Source: an uncultured Gemmatimonadales bacterium
GTDB taxonomy: Bacteria; Gemmatimonadota; Gemmatimonadetes; Gemmatimonadales; GWC2-71-9
Direction: 5' to 3'
DNA length: 64,000 bases
Assembly: GCA_963748815.1 (NCBI GenBank)
Contig: CAVVKJ010000010.1
Span: forward strand, 864,001 to 928,000
In this document: positions 29,108 to 39,120 of the stretch, one piece after another
Layout of the letters: each line of letters opens with the position of its first letter
How positions within the stretch are numbered: position 1 is the stretch's first letter
Program-made: the position numbers and the translations under genes
Notes under the pieces: model-generated
What the model saw: the letters and a program-made list of their open reading frames with translations, nothing else
What the model was told of the DNA's origin: nothing
The model's database searches: none

Positions 29108-29789
29108 GTGCTTCAACAGTCCCGCAATACGGCTCCCCCTGTCGCAGGAAGTTCAGCAATCCCGTCCGCCGTCGGAGGACCAGGACCAGCTCCCCGGGAG
29201 GCGGGTCCGCGACCCCCTCGACCGTGAGGAAGGCGGGGAGGGTCGCCCCGGCGGGCGCGGCGGCCTGGTATCGGCGACCATGCCACCCGAATTCGAGCAT
29301 CGGCGGGAGGCGCCGGACCACCTGGTCCAGGAAGAAGTCGTCGTCCACCTGGTAGACGCCCTCGGCGACCACCTCCCCGCCGAGATGGAAGAGGGGATCG
29401 AATGGCTCGCCGTCGCTCCGGGCGAAGTTCTCCTCGGCGGCCTCGTCGAACGCCTCCAGCGCCCCCTCCCGGGCGCGCCACTCGAGATGATGCCGGAGTT
29501 CGTGGGTCAGCGTCTCCCACGCCTCCTCGCGCCACTTGAAGTCGGGATCGAGCTCGGCGAGCGCCAGGAAGGAGCCGTGATAGAGCACCACCCGGCTCTG
29601 GATCTCGTCGACGGCGCCGGTTTCGCCGGCATGGAATGGAATGCAATGGCCCAGCGTGAAGATCTCGGCGCGGGTGGGATGCGGCACGGTGCGCGGAGAG
29701 ACGGTGATCTCGGAGATCCCGTCCAGAAATTCGGTGGGCACCTCGGCGCTGAGGCGGGAGACGAGGGTTTGGAAGTCGTTAAGTCGCAT
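29079..29789 (-). CDS. Zincin-like metallopeptidase family protein
   Basis: VVLYHGSF...ETLTHELRHHLE (HExxH). Confidence 0.8.
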   Translation of the reverse strand: MRLNDFQTLVSRLSAEVPTEFLDGISEITVSPRTVPHPTRAEIFTLGHCIPFHAGETGAVDEIQSRVVLYHGSFLALAELDPDFKWREEAWETLTHELRHHLEWRAREGALEAFDEAAEENFARSDGEPFDPLFHLGGEVVAEGVYQVDDDFFLDQVVRRLPPMLEFGWHGRRYQAAAPAGATLPAFLTVEGVADPPPGELVLVLRRRTGLLNFLRQGEPYCGTVEAQEREGRRGT

Positions 29790-29809
29790 GGAGTATTGAC
29801 CCGGAAAAA

Positions 29810-29930
29810 GGAGAAAGCGGACTTGGGACTGGGAGGGGCGGAAGGCGGAAGGAGAAAAGAGGCCCTCAACCTGATTTCCTCCTTCCGCCTCACTCCTTCA
29901 ACCCCTCCAAGTCCTCAAGTCCCTTCTCCG
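29810..29930. repeat. Inverted-repeat element (GGACTTG-type), copy 2
   Basis: GGACTTGGGACTGGGAGGGGCGGAAGG ... CCTTCAACCCCTCCAAGTCCTCAAGTCC. Confidence 0.8.
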
Positions 29931-29942
29931 TCCTCCAGTCCC

Positions 29943-31210
29943 TCAGACCGCCGCCAGCGCCGCTCCAGGTCGGCAATCAGATCCTCGTAGTGCTCCACCC
30001 CTACCGAGAGCCGCACCATCCCCTCGGTGATCCCCATGCGTGCCTGGTCGGCCGGGGGAATGTCGGCGTGCGTCATGGAACCGGGATGCTGCGCGAGCGA
30101 CTCCGTGCCGCCAAGGCTGACGGCGAGCTTGACCATGGTCAGGGCGTTGAGGAAGCGGAACGCGCCGGCCTGGCCACCCTTCACGTCGAAGGAGATCATC
30201 GATCCGGGCGCCACGCATTGCCGCTGGTACACATCGTACATCGGCGCGCCCTCGGCCAGGTGGCCGAGGTAGTACACCTGCGGCACCTTCGGATGGTCGG
30301 CGAGGAAGTCCGCCACGTAGCGCGCGTTCTTCATCGCCGCCGTCATCCGCATCTTGAGCGTCTCGAGGCTGCGGAGGAGGAGCCAGCCCGTCCAGGGCCC
30401 CGACATCGTCCCCATGAAGGTGCGGAGGGTGCGGATGGGGAGCATCACCTCGCTGGCGCCGGAGGCGGCGCCGGCGATGACGTCGCTGTGCCCGCCGATG
30501 AACTTGGTGGCCGAGTAGAGGACGAGGTCGGCGCCATGCTGGAGGGGATGCTGCCAGAGCGGACCGAGGAAGGTGTTGTCGACCATCACGACGGAAGGAC
30601 GGCCGGGGGCCGCGAGGGTGTGCACCAGGTCGGAGATGCCCTGGATGTCGACCAGCGCGTTGGTCGGGTTGGCGGGGGTCTCGAGCAGCGCCGCCGCGAC
30701 CGGGCGGCCCGCGACCTTGGCCGTCAGCTCGGCGGCGAGGTCGGCCATCGGCACGCCGGCCTGGAAGCCGATCGGCACCACGCCGAGCCGCGGCAGGAAA
30801 TGCTTCACGAAATGGTCGCAACCGCCGTAGAGCGGCTCGCTGTGGATCAGCACGTCGCCCGGGGTGAGGTACGCCAGCAGCGAGGTGGTGATGGCGGCCA
30901 TCCCGCTCTCGAAGACGGCGCACGACTCCGCCTCGTCCCAGAGCGCCAGCCGTCCCTCGAGGATCTCCAGGTCGGGGTTGTTGAGGCGGCTGTAGATCAG
31001 CCCCATCTCTTCCCCGCTCCGCTGTTCCCGGAGGCCGTAGGCCACCTCGAAGAACGCCTTGCCCGCCTCGGCCGATTCGAAGGCGAAGGTGGAGGTCTGG
31101 AAGATGGGGCACTTCACCGCCCCCTCGCTGAGCCGCGGATCGTACCCGTAGCTCATCATCAGACTCTCAGGCCGGAGAGGCTTGCCGCCAATCTCACGGT
31201 GTTTGCTCAT
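29943..31210 (-). CDS. Cys/Met metabolism PLP enzyme (cystathionine gamma-synthase / methionine gamma-lyase family)
   Basis: YSRLNNP, SGMAAI, ETPANPT, VDNTF, YSATKFIGGHSD, AVSLGGTESL; probable indel near 29965 (end AALAAV*). Confidence 0.9.
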
Positions 31211-31239
31211 TGGGCGAGTCCTTTCACAAAAGCGATAAA

Positions 31240-31329
31240 GGAGGAAGAGGACTTGGGACTTGGAGGGGCGGAAGTCCCTTTTCTCCTTCCTCTCTCAGTC
31301 CCCAGTCCTCAGTCCTCAGCCCTCAGTCC
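31240..31329. repeat. GGACTTG-type element copy 3 fused to CAGTCCT heptamers
   Basis: GGACTTGGGACTTGGAGGGGCGGAAG followed by CAGTCCC/CAGTCCT units. Confidence 0.75.
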
Positions 31330-32648
31330 GCTCCTTGAGCCATCCCTTCAGCGTGTCGGCGGCCACCCGATCCTGCGCCATCGAATCCCGGTGCCGCACC
31401 GTCACGGTGCCGTCCTGCAGCGTCTGGCCGTCCACGGTGATGCAGAACGGCGTCCCGGCCTCGTCCATCCGGCGGTAGCGCCGGCCGACCGCGCCGCTGT
31501 CGTCGTAGAAGACGGGGACGTGCTGCTTCAGGTCGTGATAGAGCCGGGTGGCGAACTCCGGCATCCCGTCCTTCTTGACCAGCGGGAAGACGCCGGCCTT
31601 GATCGGCGCGATCGAGGGATGGAAGCCGAGGACCACGCGGGTCTCCCCCTCGACCTGTTCCTCGCGGTAGGCGTCGACCAGGGTCGTGAGAGTGACGCGG
31701 TCGGCGCCCGCGGACGTCTCCACGATGAACGGCACGAACCGCTCGTTGTTGGCCTGGTCGAAGTAGTCGAGCTTCTTGCCGGAGGCCGCCTGGTGCCGCT
31801 GCAGGTCGAAGTCGGTCCGGTTGTGGATCCCCTCGATCTCGTTCCAGCCGAAGGGAAACTCGTACTCGATGTCGTAGGCGGCCTTGGCGTAGTGGGCCAG
31901 CTCGCCCTCGCCGTGCTGGTGCCAGCGGAGCTTGGCGGGGTTGAGTCCGAGGGCGTGGTACCATGCCATCCGGATCTCGCGCCACTGCTCGAACCATTCG
32001 CCGTCGGCGCCCGGCTTCACGAAGAACTGCATCTCCATCTGCTCGAACTCGCGGGTCCGGAAGATGAAGTTGCCGGGGGTGATCTCGTTGCGGAACGCCT
32101 TGCCGATCTGCGCGATGCCGAACGGCACCTTCTGGCGCGAGCCCTGCAGCACGTTCAGGAAGTTGACGTAGATCCCCTGGGCGGTCTCCGGACGGAGGTA
32201 GACGACCGCGGCCGACTCCTCCACCGGACCCATGAACGTCTTGAACATCAGGTTGAAGAGGCGCGGCTCGGTGAGTTCACAGGTCGTGTGCTGCCCGGCC
32301 TTCTTGCTCGGCTTCTGCGGGCAGGCGGCGTCCTCGAGCTTGTCGGCGCGGAAGCGGGCCTTGCAGGTCTTGCAGTCGACCAGCGGGTCGGTGAAGCCGG
32401 CGACGTGGCCGGAGGCCTCCCAGACCTTGCGGGTGCATCAGGATGGCGGCGTCGAGCCCCTCGATGTCGTCGCGGGCGTGGACCATGGCGCGCCACCAGC
32501 GGTCCTTCACGTTCTTCTTCAGCTCGACGCCGAGCGGGCCGTAGTCCCAGACGGAGCCGAGGCCGCCGTAGATCTCGGAGGACTGGAAGACGAATCCGCG
32601 CCGCTTGCAGAGCGACACGAGCTTGTCCATGAGGGTGGTGTCGGCCAT
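31316..32648 (-). CDS. glyQS: Glycine--tRNA ligase, homodimeric type (frameshift near 32430)
   Basis: [58 protein letters not shown]. Confidence 0.95.
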
Positions 32649-32850
32649 CTGCCGGCTCACAGGGAGGGAGTGAAGGAGGAGTCTGGGTACGCGGGATAAT
32701 AGACGGGACGGAAGGGAGCGACAAGCAACGGGTTCTCTGCAAGACTTTGCACGCAATGCACGGCACGATCGGTGGTTCCTTGCGCGATTTCACCTCCACC
32801 GCCCACCGCTATCTCATTTTGCCATAATCACTTATGTTTCTGGCACTGGT

Positions 32851-32866
32851 CGGCACCCGAATTGCT
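32851..32866 (+). promoter_or_regulatory. Sigma54 (-24/-12) promoter
   Basis: CGGCAC-CCGAA-TTGCT, GG-N10-GC spacing, about 70 bp upstream of the pilin operon. Confidence 0.7.
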
Positions 32867-32936
32867 CCTCCGGGACCCCGTCAGGCCACCCGAGTGGCCA
32901 GGAACCCGAACCACCGACCCGTAGCAGGAGTCCGCG

Positions 32937-34759
32937 ATGCGCCCCGAATCCACCCCCCCGGCTGTGTGCCGGCTCACGACCCTGATGGCCGACCGGCGCG
33001 GATTTGCGCTGGAGGCCACGCTGATCGTGCTGGTCCTCATCTCCGTCCTCGTCGGCGCGTCCGTCGCGAGCTACGTGATGGTGCAGCGCTCAGGGAGCGT
33101 GGACTACCGCGGCACGCGGGTCTCCTACGCCGCCGAAGCGGGCGCCGACGCCGTCATCTCCCAGCTCGCCGCCAAGATGACGGACGGCATCCTGAGCTCG
33201 GCGGACCTGGCGTCGATTACCCTGCCGGCGCTCTCGGGGTTCACCTTTGCCACGCCGAGCGTCACCGCCGTCGGATCCCCGATGCCGCGGACCATCACCT
33301 ACGGCCCGTTCAGCGGCCTGGTGGGTCTCAATCAGCAGATCGACATCGGCATCACCGCCACCGACCCCGCCAACAACCGGGCCCAGGTGGTGGTCACCGC
33401 CAACGCCCAGTCGATCCCGCTCTTCCAGTTCGGCGTGTTCTACAACGAAGACCTCGAAATCCACAACGGCCCCGTCATGGAATTCGCGGGCTGGGTGCAC
33501 ACCAACGCGAACCTCTACCTGAATTCAGGCGTCGGCACCTATTTCCACGACCTGATCACCACGCCCGACAGCCTCTTCTGGCAGCGCAAGGCCTATAACG
33601 ATCGGGCCAACAACGATCAAGATCGACGACGCCTCGGGCACCCAGCGCACGCTGAACTTCGACAGCCGGAGCAACCCCGGGCAGTCGTTCGTGACCGCCA
33701 GCAACAGCCTCTTCAACGGCCGCGTCATGACCGGGGTGAGCGGCGTGCAGCCCCTCCGCCTGCCGCTCCCGACCGGCATGGACCCGGTCGAGCTCATCCT
33801 GCCGCGCAACGGCGGCGACGACGCCGACACGCGCGCCGTCAAGTTCGCCTGGAAGGCCACCGCCCACATCACGGTGGACCTGGCCCAGCTGAACAACGTC
33901 AACACCTGCGCCGGCCTCACCATCATCGGCTCGCCGCTCCCGACCGGCGCCTCGTGCGCCATGTTCACCGGCAACGACCAGGGGTTCTGGGACGGCCGCG
34001 AGAACATCGGGGTCGACGTCTTCAACATCAACGTCGGATTGCTGCAGACCTGGGCCGCCGGCAATTCCGCCCGCGACTACAGCATCGTCTACGTCACGTT
34101 CATCAATTCGAGCTCGACGAACGCCAACCGGGACTATCCGGCGGTGCGCGTCCTCAACGGCGCCACGCTTCGCGCGCCGATCACCATCGCCACCGACCGG
34201 CCGCTCTACATCCAGGGCAACTTCAACACCATCGGCTGGCAGCCGGCATCGTTCATCGCGGACGCCCTGACGATCCTGTCCAATTCGTGGAACGACGCGA
34301 CCGGCAGCCACGTCGTGCCGACATCTGGCACCAACAGCAACGCCGGCGGCGGCAATGACCGGACGAACCCGGCCCAGAGCGGCGCCAGCCCGACCACGGT
34401 CTACGCCGCCGTCGCAGCCGGCCACTCGGCCACCCCCTGCGACTGGCAGCGCACCGGGTGCACCGTCCCGACCCCGCCCCCGGCCACCTCCAACGGCAGC
34501 TACGGCGGCGGCCTGGAAAACTTCCCCCGCTTCCTGGAGATCGTGGGGCTCGGGAAACACCATGACTTACCGCGGCTCCCTGGTGTCGCTCTTCCAGAGC
34601 CGGTACGCCGCCCGGCGCCGCTGGGCCTGGACCGGCTACTACAACGCGCCGTATCGTGACTGGGCCTTCGACCTCCGGTTCCGCGATCCGCGCAACCTCC
34701 CCCCGGGCACCCCGGTGGTCGGCAGCGTGATCCAGACCTCCTTCCGGCCGGTCTTCTAG
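32937..34759 (+). CDS. Large PilX-like type IV minor pilin (frameshifts near 33615 and 34545)
   Basis: RRG|FALEATLIVLVLI...YAAEAG; C-terminal GGGLENFPRFLE, YRGSLVSLF, YYNAPYRDWAFD; RBS AGGAG. Confidence 0.75.
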
Positions 34760-34760
34760 G

Positions 34761-35330
34761 ATGGCCGTCATGACACGAACGCACCGGCGTGGCTTCACGC
34801 TCATCGAGATGATCATCGTCATCGTCGTCATGGGACTGGCGATGATGGTCGCGGTGCCCCGGTTCCGGGTCTCCGACAAGACCAAGGCCCGCCAGATGGC
34901 CACCCAGCTGGCGGCCGATCTCGAAGTGGCCCGCTCCAAGGCGATGGCCCACCGGGCGACGGTGCGGGTGGTCTTCGACGAGGCGACCAACTCCTACACC
35001 GGGTACCTCGACTTCGACCGGGACAACGTCATCAACCAGTCGACCGCGGAACGCGACTCGCTCCACGCCTTCGGCACCAGGGTGCTCCCGACCGGGGCCT
35101 CGTTCGGCCGGTCGGGCCAGGCCGACATCACTAATTTCGCGGGCGCGGGGGCCATCACCTTCCCCTCTCCGCAAATCGACTTCGACGGCCGGGGCCTCTC
35201 CACCCCATTCGGCACCCGCGGCGTCGTGTACGTACAACTGGCGGCCGATGCCGGCGCCGTCGCCGCGGTGACCGTCTCCGGCGCGGGCGGCGTCCGGCTT
35301 TGGACTTCTGAGGGAGGGTACTGGCGATGA
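34761..35330 (+). CDS. FimT/GspH-like minor pilin
   Basis: RRG|FTLIEMIIVIVV; LAADLEVARSKA; IDFDGRG. Confidence 0.85.
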   Translation: MAVMTRTHRRGFTLIEMIIVIVVMGLAMMVAVPRFRVSDKTKARQMATQLAADLEVARSKAMAHRATVRVVFDEATNSYTGYLDFDRDNVINQSTAERDSLHAFGTRVLPTGASFGRSGQADITNFAGAGAITFPSPQIDFDGRGLSTPFGTRGVVYVQLAADAGAVAAVTVSGAGGVRLWTSEGGYWR

Positions 35331-35698
35331 AGCGGAACAGTGAAGCGGGGTTCACCCTCATCTCGGTCATCATGGCGGTGGTGATCCTGAGCATCGGGAT
35401 CATGGCCCTCGGGCGCTCGCAGGCGATGCTCGTCCGCGCCCAGGCCACCAGCGCCAGCCGCGACGTCGCCCTCGGCATCGCCCGCAACTACGTCGAGGAG
35501 GTCAGGAGCCGGACCACCGAGCCCGCGTCCGAGGGCGCGACCGCGGTGGACGAGACCGGCACGGCGGCGGCCGGCGGCCACTACAGCCGCTCGCTGACGG
35601 TCACCGACCTCGGGGACGGCCTCTTCCGGGCCATCTGCAATGTCACCTACCCGCGTGGCCCGCAGCCCGTCCAAATCATCACTCTCATCTACCGGTGA
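35327..35698 (+). CDS. PilV/GspI-like minor pilin
   Basis: AG|FTLISVIMAVVILSIGIMAL (Glu+5 replaced by Ser). Confidence 0.8.
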   Translation: MKRNSEAGFTLISVIMAVVILSIGIMALGRSQAMLVRAQATSASRDVALGIARNYVEEVRSRTTEPASEGATAVDETGTAAAGGHYSRSLTVTDLGDGLFRAICNVTYPRGPQPVQIITLIYR

Positions 35699-36627
35699 TC
35701 GCCATGCGCGTGCGTCTCCCCGCCGGCCGGGCCGGCTTTACCCTCGTCGAGCTGATGATCGCCATGATCGTCGGCCTGGTCGTGCTCGCCGCGGCCACCT
35801 CCGTCGTCGCCTCCACCTGGCGGGGCATCGCCGGCGGCCGTTCCCGTGAGGGACTGGAGCGGAACGCCCGGTTCATCAACGAGGCGCTGAACCGCGACCT
35901 CTCCGAGACCGGCGTCGGCATCGCCTCCAGCGTCCGCTTCGGCTCGCTGTCGGCCCGGAACGACACCATCGTCATCCTCAGCGTCCCCTACACCAACGGC
36001 ACCGTTGCGCCGCCGCACACCTTCCAGTACGGGGGCGCACCGCTGGCCGCCGCCACCGGGAGCTGCGGCACCTATTGCGTGGACGTCGACACGGTGGGGT
36101 GGGACCTGGCCGCCAACGACCTGGCCCTCCTGCAGGCCAACAACGAGCGGCGCGTCATCGAAGTGACCGGCGTCAGCCTCAGCGGTGCCATCGCCTCGGT
36201 CACCTTTCGCTCCGACACCACCCTGCTCCAGCACGAGGCGGCGTTCGCCCGCAACCTCACCCTGCCGAACAACGGCGTGGCGGTGACGAAACTCCGGTTC
36301 GTGTCGTATTGGGTGGAGAATGGCTCCCTGATGCGGGCCCAGGAACTGAATGCGGACGGCACGTCCAAGGGCGAACTCATCGCGACCGGCGTGGACAGCA
36401 TCCGGGTGCGTTTGGTGCTCAGCGACGGCCGCGAAGTGGGCACCGCCAACCCGGTCGACGGCGACGGCGACAACGACTGGGACGACATCCTGGCCATCCG
36501 GGTCAACGCCTGGCTGCAGGCCGACCCGCCCGACCGGCGCGTCAACAACGGGCAGCCCGTCACCCGCGCCTACGGCTGGTGGTTCGCCCCGCGGAACCTG
36601 CGCTACGAGAAGAACCGGATTAGCTGA
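35695..36627 (+). CDS. PilW/GspJ-like minor pilin
   Basis: AG|FTLVELMIAMIVG; LNRDLSETG; final APRNL. Confidence 0.82.
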   Translation: MIAMRVRLPAGRAGFTLVELMIAMIVGLVVLAAATSVVASTWRGIAGGRSREGLERNARFINEALNRDLSETGVGIASSVRFGSLSARNDTIVILSVPYTNGTVAPPHTFQYGGAPLAAATGSCGTYCVDVDTVGWDLAANDLALLQANNERRVIEVTGVSLSGAIASVTFRSDTTLLQHEAAFARNLTLPNNGVAVTKLRFVSYWVENGSLMRAQELNADGTSKGELIATGVDSIRVRLVLSDGREVGTANPVDGDGDNDWDDILAIRVNAWLQADPPDRRVNNGQPVTRAYGWWFAPRNLRYEKNRIS

Positions 36628-36667
36628 TCCGGTCCCGCGCCAGCGGGAACCGGCCCCCGAAGGGGCC

Positions 36668-37945
36668 CTACACCTCGATGATCTGGTCCCGCCGCGTCCC
36701 CACGCTCACGTAGCGGATGGGGGCGCCGGCGAGGTCCTGCAGCCGGTCCAGGTAGGCCCGGGCCTGCGGCGGCAGGTCCGCCATCCGGCGGGCGCCCTCG
36801 GTGGATTTCATCCACCCCGGCAACACCTCGTACACCGGCTCCACCCGCTCCAGCCGCTCCACCTCCGCCGGCAGTTCCCCGCTCAGCTCCCCGTCGACCC
36901 GGTATTGCGTGCCCACCGGGATTTCGCCGAAGCTGTCCAGCACGTCGAGCTTGGTGACCGCCAGGCCGGTCAGGCCGTTGACCCGCACCGAATACCGCAC
37001 CACGTTGGCGTCGAACCACCCGCAGCGTCTGGGGCGCCCTGTGACGGCCCCGAACTCGCCGCCGATCCGCTGCAGCGCCTCTCCCCCCTCGCCCAGCGCC
37101 TCCGTCGGCAGCGGCCCGTTCCCCACCCGCGTCGTATACGCCTTCACCACCCCCAGGACACCGTCGATGGCGGTGGGGCCGATACCCGATCCGATCGAGG
37201 CGCCGCCGGCCGTGGTGTTGGAGCTGGTCACGTACGGATAGGTGCCGTGGTCCACGTCGAGCAGCGCCCCCTGGGCCCCCTCGAGCAGGACGCGCTTCCC
37301 CGAGCGCAGCGCCTGGTGCACCAGGAGCCCGGTGTCGGTGGCCAGGGGCAGCAGGCGCGGCGCCAGGCGCTCCAGGAGCGCGACATGCTCGTCCAGCGAC
37401 GCCGGGGCGGCCCCCATCATCGCCAGGAGCTTGTTGGCCCGCTCCAGGCGCTCCGCGAGCAGGCGCCGGAGCCCGGCCCCGTCCCGAAGATCAATGACCC
37501 GGACGCCGCGCCGGCCGTACTTGTCTTCGTACGTCGGCCCGATGCCCCGGCCAGTGGTGCCGATCTTCTGCGACTTCTCGCTCGCCGCGTCGAGCAGCTT
37601 GTGATAGGGGAGCACCAGGTGCGCCCGCTCCGAGATGAACAGCCGCCCCGTCGTGTCCACGCCACGGCCGGTCAGCCCGTCGAGTTCTTTGAAGAGAGTC
37701 TCGGGATCGAGCACCACGCCATTGCCGATGATGCAGCGGGCGCCGGCGTGCAGGATGCCCGAGGGAATCTGCTGCAGGATGAACTGTTCCTCGCCGATGA
37801 CCACGGTGTGGCCCGCGTTCGCCCCGCCCTGGTACCGCACCACGCAGTCGGCCCGCTCGGAGAGCACGTCGACCAGCTTGCCCTTCCCCTCGTCACCCCA
37901 CTGGGCGCCCACCACCACGACGCAGTGCGTCTTCGGATCGAACAT
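36668..37945 (-). CDS. purA: Adenylosuccinate synthetase
   Basis: GAQWGDEGKGK, GGANAGHT, EGAQG, GTYPYVTSS, TGRPRRCGWFD. Confidence 0.98.
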   Translation of the reverse strand: MFDPKTHCVVVVGAQWGDEGKGKLVDVLSERADCVVRYQGGANAGHTVVIGEEQFILQQIPSGILHAGARCIIGNGVVLDPETLFKELDGLTGRGVDTTGRLFISERAHLVLPYHKLLDAASEKSQKIGTTGRGIGPTYEDKYGRRGVRVIDLRDGAGLRRLLAERLERANKLLAMMGAAPASLDEHVALLERLAPRLLPLATDTGLLVHQALRSGKRVLLEGAQGALLDVDHGTYPYVTSSNTTAGGASIGSGIGPTAIDGVLGVVKAYTTRVGNGPLPTEALGEGGEALQRIGGEFGAVTGRPRRCGWFDANVVRYSVRVNGLTGLAVTKLDVLDSFGEIPVGTQYRVDGELSGELPAEVERLERVEPVYEVLPGWMKSTEGARRMADLPPQARAYLDRLQDLAGAPIRYVSVGTRRDQIIEV

Positions 37946-38010
37946 GGGTCCTCTCACGGGCTCAGGCCAACGCAAAGGGCCCCTCGCGGGGCCCGTGTAT
38001 CCTCAGGGAA

Positions 38011-38039
38011 AAGCTAGCGGGCGAACGGCTCCCGGTCAA
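38011..38039 (-). promoter_or_regulatory. Sigma70-like promoter of purA
   Basis: TTGACC-17 bp-TAGCTT on the minus strand. Confidence 0.6.
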
Positions 38040-39118
38040 ATCGGTCCGGCGACGAGCTTGCCCACCTCCTCGGCGGTCTGAAACTCGAGTCCCGCCGGCG
38101 TGTCGCGGGGGGTGTGCATCCGCCGGAGCGTGGCCCAGTCGAGCCGCGCCACCGTCAGCGCGGCCGCGCCCGTCTGCGAGAGCGGCCGGCTGTCCACGTA
38201 GGCCCAGAGCGGCTGCCTCCGTTCCTGGACGACCGGCGCGACGCCGGCAAGCACCGCCGCCACCGACGCGGACCACCGCGCCCCCGGCGCGTCGTGCGAC
38301 ACGACGTAGAGCGTGCCCCGATCGTCGATCGTGTCGAGGTTGATCACCTCGACGCCGACCAGCTGGGGGCCATATTCCCGGGCGAAGATCCTCGCGCCCA
38401 CCAGCCCGAACTCCTCCGCCCCCGTGATGAGGATCCCCACCCCGGCAGCGGGCGCGGCCTCCGCAGCCACCAGCGCCGCCAGGAGACCCGTCCCGTTGTC
38501 CCGGGCGCCCTGGGTGGTGCCGCGCAGCGCCCCCCGCGCGGCGAGCCCGCAGGCGATGAGGGCCAGCACCGCAGCGTACGCCACCGTGTCGCCCCCGAGC
38601 GGGCCCCGGAGCCGGAGCGCCGCCAGCATGGTCAGCGTCGCGATGGCGAGCGCGGCCACCACCCCACCCACGACCCGCCCGGCCATTGAATGGCCCTGCG
38701 CCTTGGTATCGAGGTGCGCCACGATCCACCGCCGAACCGGCGCCTTCCCGCGGGTGGCCACGAGGTTGGCATCCTCCCGCACACCGCCGCCGAGCGAGGA
38801 CCAGCCGAGGGCCGTCCCGCGGACCAGCATCGCGAGCGCCCCCAGGCCGGCCACCCAGGCGGCGAGCGCGGCCCACGGCGGGGCGCCGGGAACGGTGACG
38901 AGCGGAATCTGGATCAGGGTGAGCCAGCCGAGGCCGGCGCCGAACATGGGGAGGGCGTTGAGACTGGAGGGAAAGAAGGAAAACGGCTGTTCCTCGACGG
39001 TGTAGCCCAGCGTGCGCAGATGGTCCCCGACCAGGCGCCGCGCGTGCGCCGCCGCCGGGGTGCCCGCCTCGCGGGAGGCGTCGAGCACCAGGGCGATCAG
39101 CTCACGCGGGCGCGCCAC
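38036..39118 (-). CDS. Membrane-associated M28 family peptidase
   Basis: VAHLDTK, GARDNGTG, GAEEFGLVGA, INLDT, MHTPRDT; internal TM segments. Confidence 0.85.
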   Translation of the reverse strand: MARPRELIALVLDASREAGTPAAAHARRLVGDHLRTLGYTVEEQPFSFFPSSLNALPMFGAGLGWLTLIQIPLVTVPGAPPWAALAAWVAGLGALAMLVRGTALGWSSLGGGVREDANLVATRGKAPVRRWIVAHLDTKAQGHSMAGRVVGGVVAALAIATLTMLAALRLRGPLGGDTVAYAAVLALIACGLAARGALRGTTQGARDNGTGLLAALVAAEAAPAAGVGILITGAEEFGLVGARIFAREYGPQLVGVEVINLDTIDDRGTLYVVSHDAPGARWSASVAAVLAGVAPVVQERRQPLWAYVDSRPLSQTGAAALTVARLDWATLRRMHTPRDTPAGLEFQTAEEVGKLVAGPI

Positions 39119-39120
39119 GC

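Noticed and set aside
29990..32632. Long antisense ORFs (this 880-aa one and others such as 23905-25941, 39229-41256, 42763-44643)
   Set aside because: They mirror well-supported genes on the opposite strand, as expected at high GC, and show no motifs
37975..37997. Hairpin in the purA leader as a purine riboswitch
   Set aside because: The leader is only about 60 nt with one stem and has no purine or ZTP aptamer consensus
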